DNA of 32,000 nt, taken from assembly GCA_041659405.1 (NCBI GenBank), contig JBAZYK010000007.1, positions 57,126 to 89,125 on the forward strand, written 5' to 3'. The notes beneath the pieces were generated by a model, which was given only the letters and a program-made list of their open reading frames with translations, ran no database searches and had not been told where the DNA came from. This document shows positions 7,332 to 14,951 of this stretch, piece after piece. A program made the position numbers and the translations under genes. Source of the stretch: Candidatus Altimarinota bacterium (GTDB lineage Bacteria > Patescibacteriota > Gracilibacteria > UBA1369). Position 1 is the stretch's first letter; each line of letters begins with the position of its first letter.

Positions 7332-9455
7332 ATGGCAGACAATCAAGGTGGCCAGTCCCAACAGGATCAAAATAAAATCAGTAATCCTTCGGAGAAGGGG
7401 AAGCCGCTAGAACAAAATCAGCAAAAAACTGTAGAAACTCCGGCAAAGAAACGTCGTCGTAGACGTCATCGCCGAAGTAAATTGAATGTGCTTAAACAGG
7501 ATGTGCAAAAGCAAAATGCGCCTTCATCTACGCAAAAACCTGATTTGGAGAAATCACCTAAACCTGCTCAAAAAAACAGTTTAAAAAAGGTTGAAAAAAC
7601 CGTTCAGGCGAGAAAGCCAAAGAAACCGGTTCAGCCAGCACAGCTCGAAAAACCCAAAAAAGTCACTTCGCCTGCTAAGCCTGTACTGCCGAAGCAACCA
7701 GCACAATTCGAAAAAAATGAAAAAACCGCATCGGCCGAGCCTGTAATGTCAGAGCAACCAGCGGAGCCGGAATTGGCAGGTTCTACGCAACCGGTACATG
7801 AAGAAGCCTCGTATGTGCCTACTTATCCGGAACAGGGGGTAACTTTTACTCATGTTCCTGATGGTGAATTGCCGGCTGCTACTCCAGCGGAGGAGCCTTT
7901 AGTGGAACCTCAACAGCAGGCGGAAGATGTTAGTGCTGAGCCACAATCTGAACCAAGTGTTGAGCCTCAAGTTGATCTTCAGGCCGAACCACAGCCACAA
8001 GCTGAACCAACTCCTGAACTTCAACCAACTGAACCTCAACCAGAACTTCCTTCGGAACAACCAATTCCCGAAGTTCCAGAACATGTGTACGAATCTTCGT
8101 TTGTGCCTGCGCACGAGGCTTCAAGTGAACTGACACCCGAACCTGCACCTGAAGTTCTAAGTGAACCGGAACCTTCATATATGTCCGAAGTCCAGGCTGC
8201 ACCTGAACCTGCGCCCGAAGTTTCAGTTGAACCAACTTCAGAACCTGAATCTGTGCCAGAACCGAAATCCGAACCCGCGCATGAACCCGAACCTGAACCA
8301 CAATTTGCGCCGGAGCTGCCAACCGATGCTTATCCTTCAACATCTCAACATCAACCGGCTCAAATACAGGAAATTCCGGTTTCATTTAATCCAAAAGAAG
8401 AGCTTGCTAATGATTGGGACAGTATCCATGAAGCCCGCAAATCAAACACGGAACGCGTGGAGGATCAGCATTATGAAGTATTGGATGAAAAAAAGGACGG
8501 CAGCAATAATCATGAAGCTGCAAGTCAAGGTGGTGGCAGTTTTTCCGCTTCTGTAAAAGAAAATTGGCAAAAGCTTTCCGGCGGACTTGGTGGTGCCGGC
8601 TCCGGTATTTTTAAAACCTGCCTGATGCTGGTGGTTGTTATAGGTTTACTTTATTTGGCTTTTACTTTCCAGCTTTATCAACGGGTTTATGATTGGGGTT
8701 GGAATTTACTTCATCCGCCAAAGCCACCGGTGGTTCAAGTGGATTTTAAAGAGGAAAATTTGGTTGAGTGGGGCGTTCAACAGGCTTTACTTTTTGGCTC
8801 CAATAACGGACGCGTTCAAGATAGATTGCGCAGTGAAATTTGGGATGCGTTTTATTTTGGAAAGTTGGCGGAACCAAAAGCCGAAGGTGAAATTGGCCTA
8901 ACTTCAGCTTATTATTTTGGAACATTGCAGGATATTTTGGCTGAGTCCAATCGTTTCATCGCTTATGTTCAACAATTACGAGAAGTGCAGTCCATGTATC
9001 AGATTGACGTTTATGGAATGCTCGATCAGGTTACCGACAGAGGTACAAAATTGTTTGATTATTTGAAGCAATTGCAGGATGCACGTAATCAAACCGATCA
9101 ATTCAATAAAGAGCTTTCAGTGGAAGTGGATAATTTGAAGATTTCCTTTAATAGTTTAACTCCGGATAGTACCCGTTTTGAAACTGATTTCTTTGTATCG
9201 TTGCAAAATTTGGCCGGTGAAAAGTCTGACTTTTTGTTGAAGAGCTTTGTGGATGTGGCTCAAAAACAGGCAAGTCTTAAGGCCAGACTGGCTGCTTTGC
9301 AAAGATTGCAGCAGTATTATACTCAGGCCTTGCAGCATCTGGATGTTCGTATTAAGGCTGTGGACAGCAATAAAGAGGCTTTAGTCAATGGTATCCATGT
9401 GACCAATATTCCGGGTGCCAACTTGAATATTATTATCCCGGGGACGGCTCCTTAG
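7332..9455 (+). CDS. Hypothetical single-pass membrane protein: basic N-terminus, ~300-aa Pro/Glu-rich disordered region, one TM helix, helical C-terminal domain
   Basis: 707-aa ORF. It contains KKRRRRRHRRSK (aa 39-50), a P/E/Q/S-rich region (aa ~135-330) and a TM helix IFKTCLMLVVVIGLLYLAFTFQLY (aa ~426-449, nt 8607-8678). The C-terminal ~250 aa has heptad-like Q/L-rich stretches. No recognisable family motif. Confidence 0.8.
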   Translation: MADNQGGQSQQDQNKISNPSEKGKPLEQNQQKTVETPAKKRRRRRHRRSKLNVLKQDVQKQNAPSSTQKPDLEKSPKPAQKNSLKKVEKTVQARKPKKPVQPAQLEKPKKVTSPAKPVLPKQPAQFEKNEKTASAEPVMSEQPAEPELAGSTQPVHEEASYVPTYPEQGVTFTHVPDGELPAATPAEEPLVEPQQQAEDVSAEPQSEPSVEPQVDLQAEPQPQAEPTPELQPTEPQPELPSEQPIPEVPEHVYESSFVPAHEASSELTPEPAPEVLSEPEPSYMSEVQAAPEPAPEVSVEPTSEPESVPEPKSEPAHEPEPEPQFAPELPTDAYPSTSQHQPAQIQEIPVSFNPKEELANDWDSIHEARKSNTERVEDQHYEVLDEKKDGSNNHEAASQGGGSFSASVKENWQKLSGGLGGAGSGIFKTCLMLVVVIGLLYLAFTFQLYQRVYDWGWNLLHPPKPPVVQVDFKEENLVEWGVQQALLFGSNNGRVQDRLRSEIWDAFYFGKLAEPKAEGEIGLTSAYYFGTLQDILAESNRFIAYVQQLREVQSMYQIDVYGMLDQVTDRGTKLFDYLKQLQDARNQTDQFNKELSVEVDNLKISFNSLTPDSTRFETDFFVSLQNLAGEKSDFLLKSFVDVAQKQASLKARLAALQRLQQYYTQALQHLDVRIKAVDSNKEALVNGIHVTNIPGANLNIIIPGTAP
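7730..8310 (+). repeat. Low-complexity coding repeats (EP/PE/QP-rich, e.g. PEPAPEV duplicated)
   Basis: Reiterated GAACC(T/A/G) / CCNGAA codon strings. TPEPAPEVLSEPEP and APEPAPEVSVEPTSEPE are near-duplicates. Spurious ORFs are open in several other frames here (7899-8556), as expected for biased repeats. Confidence 0.6.
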
Positions 9456-9464
9456 CCAAACAGG

Positions 9465-9493
9465 TTGTTTTTTGTTGCTTTCGGGGTTAGAAT
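9465..9493 (+). promoter_or_regulatory. Candidate sigma70-type promoter for relA
   Basis: TTGTTT (9465-9470), 17 nt spacer, TAGAAT (9488-9493). It lies 31 nt upstream of ATG 9524. Confidence 0.35.
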
Positions 9494-9523
9494 GCGGCTG
9501 AAAAAGCGACTTATTTAGCTTTT

Positions 9524-11797
9524 ATGGTCACTATTGATGAGATCATCAAGAGGGCTAGTGAATATATTCCGGAGATTGATTCAGCGCGGGTTCGTTCTGC
9601 TTATGAATATGCTGAAAAAGCTCACTTGGGGATGTACCGTTTTTCCGGTGACAGTTGGATGACCCACATTTTAGCGGTGGTGGCTATTTTGCTTTCTTTT
9701 AAGCCGGATGAGAATACGATTATTGCCGGTTTTTTGCATGATCTTGCCGCATCTCCATCTTACGATTTAAATGAAGTAAAAGAGAAGTTTGGTAGTGATG
9801 TAGCGTCTTTGGTTGAAGCGATGGTTAAGGTTGATCATTTACGTCTTCGCACTACCAATTCCGATCTGGAAACGTTGCGCAGTATGTTTTTGGCAATTGC
9901 CGAAGATTTAAGGGTTGTTTTGATACGTTTGGCTGATCGTCTGCAAAATATGGAGACACTGCAATTTGTGCAGCCAAGCAAAAGGAAATCGATTGCACAT
10001 GAAACTTTGGAAATTTATGTTCCGATTGCTTCCAGGCTTGGTATTTATACCTTAAAAACCCATCTGGAGGATTTGTGTTTTCAATATCTTTATCCTCAAC
10101 AATATGAGGATATTAAAAACCAGCGTGATGAATATATGCGTAGAAAAGAGAAAGTTATGGAGTTTATTATCCAAGAGTTAAAGACTTTTTTGGTTTCGCA
10201 TGGCGTGCAGGCCGAGGTAGAGGGCCGTCTTAAAAATCTTTTCAGTATTTATCATAAACTCAAGGCAAAAAACCGTACTTCCATTCAGGAACTTTTTGAT
10301 ATTTTTGCGATTAGAATTATTTTGCCGACTCGTTTAGATGATAAAGGAGTGGAAATGACTGATCATCTTTATGCCGTTTTGGGATTGATTCACAGTAAAT
10401 GGGTTCCTTTAGCCAATCGGTTTAAAGATTATGTGGCGATTCCTAAACCCAATGGTTATCGCAGTCTGCATATTGCGGTTATTGGGCTTGCTCCAAAGCC
10501 GTTAACCCAGCCTACGGAAATTCAGATTCGTTCTCGGAAAATGCATGACCAGGCTGATTTTGGCTTTGCGGCGCATTGGTTTTATAAAGAAGATCCTAAA
10601 TTTAATTCAAGAGACAAACTTTCTTTGAAGAAGTTTTTGAATGAGGATAGCCGTTCCGTATTGCAAAAGGATTGGTTGACGGGTTTGGCCAGACTTCATC
10701 GTGATCTTAATCCGAATAGCGAGCTTTTGAAACCTTTAAAAGTAGATCTTTTTGATGATCGTATTTTTGTTTTAACACCTTCCGGGGAAGTTCGGGATTT
10801 GCCTAAAGGTTCAACGCCGGTTGATTTTGCTTATGCCATTCATACGGATCTTGGAAATTGCTGCTTTGGGGCAAAGGTCAATAATGTGATTGTTCCCTTA
10901 AATTATCATTTGAAAAATGGGGAAGTTGTTGAGGTTATAACCAGAAACAAGCCATCGCCAAAATTGCACTGGCTTTCGTTTGTTAAAACAGCTCATGCCA
11001 AAAATAAAATCAGAAGTTATTTAAAGGGCCTTGATGTTGAAAAAAGTTTTAAGGACGGAAAGCAGATTTTAAATAAAGCTCTGGAGAATTTGGGACTTCC
11101 CGAATTGGATGACAATTTAAGTTTATTGAAGAAATACGATCATCAGAAACTTTCTTTAAAAGATCGTAAACTTTTGGTGGAAACTATTGGTGCCGGGGCG
11201 TTGCCGGTTGCGGCTCTTATCAAGAAGCTGTTTGAGCATGAACCGCCTAATAATGGCTCGATGCAGCGGAATGTGGAAATATTTTCGGGAATAGCTCCTT
11301 CCACGGTTTTGCCAAAAGTTGCTTCCCATATGTTGACTAAAAACATTAAGGAGCAGATTTTTATTGCCGGAGAAACCGGCTTGCCATACAAATTATCGCT
11401 TTGTTGTAAGCCAAGTTTTGGTAGTTCGATAGTTGGTTACGTTTCACGCGGAGGGGCCGTGCGTATTCATCTGCAAAAATGCAAATTTCTAAAAAATGCT
11501 TATATGGACCGTGTGCTGGAGGCGAGCTGGGGTCCGACTTTGCAGCAAAGAAAAACTCCAATGAGAATGCTGATCAGTGCCGTGGATCGGGTTGGTTTAA
11601 TTCGCGATATTGCCGATGTAATTGCCGGTTTTAATGTGAGTATTTTGGATTTTTCCTTAAAAGAAAAAATGGATACCGTGATTCAAAGAGAAATGGTTTT
11701 GGAAGTTTCCGATTCAAAACAGTTTGCAAAAATTATGGAAAAACTGATGCAGGTCAGAAACGTGGTTAAGGTTATGCCTGCAGGTGATGCCGTTTAA
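9524..11797 (+). CDS. relA: Long RelA/SpoT-homologue (p)ppGpp synthetase with a degenerate hydrolase motif, TGS and ACT domains
   Basis: Synthetase motifs are intact: GRLKNLFSIYHKLKAK, FDIFAIRIIL, YRSLHIAV and EIQIRSRKMHDQADFGFAAHWFYKE. TGS domain: IFVLTPSGEVRDLPKGSTPVDFAYAIHTDLGNCCFGAKVNN. A C-terminal ACT-like domain has VDRVGLIRDIADVIAGFNVSI. The HD region reads FLHDLAASP where LLHDVVEDT is expected. Confidence 0.9.
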   Translation: MVTIDEIIKRASEYIPEIDSARVRSAYEYAEKAHLGMYRFSGDSWMTHILAVVAILLSFKPDENTIIAGFLHDLAASPSYDLNEVKEKFGSDVASLVEAMVKVDHLRLRTTNSDLETLRSMFLAIAEDLRVVLIRLADRLQNMETLQFVQPSKRKSIAHETLEIYVPIASRLGIYTLKTHLEDLCFQYLYPQQYEDIKNQRDEYMRRKEKVMEFIIQELKTFLVSHGVQAEVEGRLKNLFSIYHKLKAKNRTSIQELFDIFAIRIILPTRLDDKGVEMTDHLYAVLGLIHSKWVPLANRFKDYVAIPKPNGYRSLHIAVIGLAPKPLTQPTEIQIRSRKMHDQADFGFAAHWFYKEDPKFNSRDKLSLKKFLNEDSRSVLQKDWLTGLARLHRDLNPNSELLKPLKVDLFDDRIFVLTPSGEVRDLPKGSTPVDFAYAIHTDLGNCCFGAKVNNVIVPLNYHLKNGEVVEVITRNKPSPKLHWLSFVKTAHAKNKIRSYLKGLDVEKSFKDGKQILNKALENLGLPELDDNLSLLKKYDHQKLSLKDRKLLVETIGAGALPVAALIKKLFEHEPPNNGSMQRNVEIFSGIAPSTVLPKVASHMLTKNIKEQIFIAGETGLPYKLSLCCKPSFGSSIVGYVSRGGAVRIHLQKCKFLKNAYMDRVLEASWGPTLQQRKTPMRMLISAVDRVGLIRDIADVIAGFNVSILDFSLKEKMDTVIQREMVLEVSDSKQFAKIMEKLMQVRNVVKVMPAGDAV

Positions 11798-12558
11798 TAG
11801 TCAACGTTGCTTAATCCGGCAATGACTTTGGGACTGCGCATTTCCTGGTCAAGATAGTTGTTCAAAAACTGGTTACTGATTTGTTGGAGCCTGTTTTTTT
11901 GCAATGAATCCATGCGGATATTTTTTTGGGGTTTATCCTGAAAAGTAAGATGGGCAATCAGTTTGATAACACTAAAGTCAATTTTGCTTGGCTTGATTAG
12001 CTTGTGGCTGCATTCATCGCAGCTTAAATGCCCGTCCTGATTAAGCCAGACGTTGGGTTGCCCATTAGTTTGCAGCCAGGGTTTATGGCAGAAGGAACAG
12101 TTTTTAATGTCGGGCAGAACTCCCATGAAATTGAGCAATTTTAGTTTAAACTCTTCTATTTCCAGAAAATATTGTTGGCCGTTATTGATTTGGGTAAGCG
12201 TTGATTCAAGCAGTTGATAAAGTTCCGCGCCGTGTTCATCCGAATAAGTACTCTTTTCAAAAATTTCCAAAAGCAGCATGGCGAAAAGCGATTTCTGCAG
12301 ATCCGCACGGATGGCTTTAAAGTTGGTTTCGGTCTGGCATTGCAAAATGGTAAACCGGTACGGAGTTTGATAAAGCTGAAAATTACAGATGTTAAGGGTT
12401 TCCAAATGTCCACAAAACGAACTGGTTATTTTACGTGAACCTTTGGCCGTTGCTTTGATTTTGCCGAGTTCAGGACTAAAAAGAGTGACAGCATAATCAA
12501 ATTCGCTGCGCTGCTCTTTTTTCAGGATGATTCCTTTGGTGTGATGTTGTCTTTGCAT
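11794..12558 (-). CDS. recO: DNA repair protein RecO
   Basis: An N-terminal OB-fold pattern (TKGIILKKEQRSEFDYAVTLFSPELGKIKATAKGSRK) plus a C4 zinc motif (CSFCHKP...LSCDECS). Its stop overlaps the convergent relA stop by 4 nt. Confidence 0.85.
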   Translation of the reverse strand: MQRQHHTKGIILKKEQRSEFDYAVTLFSPELGKIKATAKGSRKITSSFCGHLETLNICNFQLYQTPYRFTILQCQTETNFKAIRADLQKSLFAMLLLEIFEKSTYSDEHGAELYQLLESTLTQINNGQQYFLEIEEFKLKLLNFMGVLPDIKNCSFCHKPWLQTNGQPNVWLNQDGHLSCDECSHKLIKPSKIDFSVIKLIAHLTFQDKPQKNIRMDSLQKNRLQQISNQFLNNYLDQEMRSPKVIAGLSNVDY

Positions 12559-12563
12559 AGCGC

Positions 12564-13535
12564 TTAATTAACCGTCAGTTTACCTTTTAAATATTGTTGG
12601 ACCGCGGTAAAACTGCTGATTATTCCAATGATAACCGTAATGACCAGTTCTGCAAAAAAGACTTTATCCAAATTAAGATTGCTGTAAAAAGTCCAAAGAT
12701 TGCTTTCTTGAATGTTGATGCCTTTGCCCACAAGATAGAGAAAAGTCAGACTCAAGAAAACGGCAAAAACGCTGTAAAGTATGCCCTCAAAAATAAAAGG
12801 CAGGCGAATGAAATTTGGTGTAGCGCCCACCAATCGCATAATATAAATTTCGTTGCGGCGGGTGTAAATGGTCAGCTGGATTGCGTTTATAACGACCAGT
12901 GTTCCTCCAACTACAAAAACCAGCACGATCCAGAAAATAATTTGGCGTACAAATTGGTTGATGCGGGTAAGGTTATCCGTAACTTTGGAAAGTACAATGT
13001 TTTCGCTGTTGTTTCCTATTGCTGTGGTTTCATTATTATTGAGTGAGTTTTTGAATTCACTTTTTTTAAGGAAATCCTTAATTTTCTGATAGTATTCAGG
13101 TTTTTCCATCATGATGCTGACGCTTGGAGGAAGGGGATTTGCATTGAACTTTTTTAAAAAGTCTGCAGTTTGTGGCTGACTTTTGCTCACAATTTGCAGT
13201 GCGGCTTCCTTGGAAGTATATTTAACGCTTTTTACTCCCTGGACTTTTTGCAAAGCAGAAATCAGATTTTGGGCTTCATAGAAAGAAATATCGTCTCTTA
13301 AATCAACCACCATATCAACGTGCTCGCCCAGAGTTTGCAGAGCCTGATTGGTGATGGAATAGACGGTTAAAATCGTGTTAAAAATAAACAAAATTACCGC
13401 CATAACAATAATGGTAGCCAGCGATAAAAATTTGTTTCTCCAGAAGTTGGTCAGTCCCAAATTGAAACTTCGGCCCAAAGAGATGAGCAGATTTTCGTTT
13501 TGTACTTCAATTTGTGTTGGTTTTGTTTTGTTCAA
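12564..13535 (-). CDS. ftsX: Cell-division permease-like protein FtsX
   Basis: The topology is TM1, a ~130-aa extracytoplasmic domain, then three TM helices. The characteristic YIMRLVGATPNFIRLPFIFEGILYS segment is present. No ftsE is adjacent. Confidence 0.9.
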   Translation of the reverse strand: MNKTKPTQIEVQNENLLISLGRSFNLGLTNFWRNKFLSLATIIVMAVILFIFNTILTVYSITNQALQTLGEHVDMVVDLRDDISFYEAQNLISALQKVQGVKSVKYTSKEAALQIVSKSQPQTADFLKKFNANPLPPSVSIMMEKPEYYQKIKDFLKKSEFKNSLNNNETTAIGNNSENIVLSKVTDNLTRINQFVRQIIFWIVLVFVVGGTLVVINAIQLTIYTRRNEIYIMRLVGATPNFIRLPFIFEGILYSVFAVFLSLTFLYLVGKGINIQESNLWTFYSNLNLDKVFFAELVITVIIGIISSFTAVQQYLKGKLTVN

Positions 13536-13565
13536 GATGAGGTGTTTAAAGTCTTTTGATTTTGC

Positions 13566-14051
13566 TTAACCAGCGATTTGCTCACTTGTTTTGAGGCTTG
13601 TTGATAAGCTTATAGGGTCTTTTCCTAGTATGGCTTTTCTTAAGAGTGAAGATTTGTAAACTTGCGGTTCGTATGATTGCAGTCTTTCAACCATCGCGTT
13701 AAGTTTAAGGTCAATCAGGGTTTTTTCCAGTCGTTGGGTGAAAACGAATTGGTCATACCCAAGCGCAATTACATCCGGACGGAATTTTTTTAAAACTTTA
13801 TGTTTATCGTTATGATACCCAAGCACGACTTTATCCGCGATGCCGCTTTTTTTAACGCTTTTTGCTCTTTGGCGTTCATTGTCGTCGGGTTGGCGTCCTT
13901 TGATTTTGCGGACGGTCTCATCACGCGCAATTATCACAATAAGATATTCGCCCAGAGCTTTGGCCTGTTTTAAGTAATTTTCGTGACCTGCATGAAATAG
14001 ATCGAAGGTTCCGAAAGCGATAACTTTTTTTAGAGGTGTCGTATTATTCAT
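13566..14051 (-). CDS. Cytidylyltransferase-fold nucleotidyltransferase, RibL-like (archaeal-type FAD synthase / FMN adenylyltransferase)
   Basis: GTFDLFHAGH (HxGH) and LIVIIARDETVRKIKGRQP closely mirror the M. jannaschii RibL segment LIVIVARDETVKKLKGRKP as I remember it. TagD- or PPAT-type activity cannot be excluded from sequence alone. Confidence 0.65.
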   Translation of the reverse strand: MNNTTPLKKVIAFGTFDLFHAGHENYLKQAKALGEYLIVIIARDETVRKIKGRQPDDNERQRAKSVKKSGIADKVVLGYHNDKHKVLKKFRPDVIALGYDQFVFTQRLEKTLIDLKLNAMVERLQSYEPQVYKSSLLRKAILGKDPISLSTSLKTSEQIAG

Positions 14052-14052
14052 G

Positions 14053-14358
14053 TTATTTTATTAATTTATCCGGTACGAAGATGTTAATATACAAAAGTCC
14101 AAAGAAAATGGAAAGGGTAATAAAAATGAACAGGTTTCCGATGTTTTTCTGTTTTTCGGCTTTTATGCCGCAATAGATTGTGGCAAAGCCATAAATCAGG
14201 GCACTGATGGCAAAAGGAATTTCCAGAATGTGGTTGATGATGGTGGAGGTCGGCAAAAAGTACAGATTGGTCATCATTAAGCCTGAAATTATGTGTCCAA
14301 GGCCTAAAATCACAAAGAAAATGAGTGCTACTTTTTTAAGATTTTCGTTGTTTTGCAA
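14053..14358 (-). CDS. Small hypothetical membrane protein (3 predicted TM helices)
   Basis: 101-aa ORF with a TTG start. Its stop is 1 nt from the start of the downstream RibL-like gene. Hydrophobic helices: VALIFFVILGLGHIISGLMM, ILEIPFAISALIYGFATIY and LFIFITLSIFFGLLYINIF. Confidence 0.55.
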   Translation of the reverse strand: MQNNENLKKVALIFFVILGLGHIISGLMMTNLYFLPTSTIINHILEIPFAISALIYGFATIYCGIKAEKQKNIGNLFIFITLSIFFGLLYINIFVPDKLIK

Positions 14359-14541
14359 GGGGGTGGCTTAAAATAAGGTTAAAACCGGGTGAGTTATTGC
14401 GCGAAGTGGCTATTTTTATCGTGTGCGGGCTGTGCTGCTTGTGTGCTTTTTTGTAAATTGGCGCAGCATGCTTTTTGTGTGCCCAAAAACCTGGTTTATT
14501 ATAGTGTTTGTTTAGGGAATTGTCTATTTTTGAGTGATGAA

Positions 14542-14570
14542 TTGCCGTCAATTATTTTTTCGAGTATACT
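14542..14570 (+). promoter_or_regulatory. Candidate sigma70-type promoter for gatCA
   Basis: TTGCCG (14542-14547), 17 nt spacer, TATACT (14565-14570). It lies about 60 nt upstream of the gatC ATG. Confidence 0.4.
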
Positions 14571-14630
14571 CAGGCTGTTTTTTGCCTGGGGCGTTCTTTG
14601 CGCTCCATGCTTTATGCCTAATTTCTTCCT

Positions 14631-14921
14631 ATGCTTTCACAAGACCAGGTTCGTCATATAGCCAAGCTAGCCAGACTCGGGGTAACCGATGCGGAAGTGG
14701 AAAAATTCGCACATCAACTCAGCGATATTTTGGGATATGTGGAAAAGTTGGAAAAAGTTGATACCAGCAAAGTTCAGCCAACTTCCCAAGTTACCGGTTT
14801 AAAGAATGTGATGCGTGAAGATGTTGTACAAAAAAGTTGTACAAAGGAGGAGATGCTTGGCTGTACAGAGCTCCCCGTTGAGGCTGAACAAATCAAGGTT
14901 AAGCCAGTGATGAATAATTAA
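14631..14921 (+). CDS. gatC: Asp-tRNA(Asn)/Glu-tRNA(Gln) amidotransferase subunit C
   Basis: Classic GatC pattern: VRHIAKLARLGVTDAEVEKFAHQLSDILGYVEKLEKVDT...V.PTSQV. It is 96 aa and lies immediately upstream of gatA. Confidence 0.92.
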   Translation: MLSQDQVRHIAKLARLGVTDAEVEKFAHQLSDILGYVEKLEKVDTSKVQPTSQVTGLKNVMREDVVQKSCTKEEMLGCTELPVEAEQIKVKPVMNN

Positions 14922-14951
14922 ATTGTTCAACTATTTTTAATATTAAATTAG

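Noticed and set aside
7899-8556. Several ORFs of 68-151 aa on both strands inside the 707-aa gene.
   Set aside because: They fall within the Pro/Glu codon-repeat region. Alternative frames of such repeats stay open by chance.
14336-14761. Three ORFs of 71-90 aa upstream of and overlapping gatC.
   Set aside because: They overlap each other and gatC, lie in the GC-rich island, and have Cys/Phe-rich nonsense-like translations.
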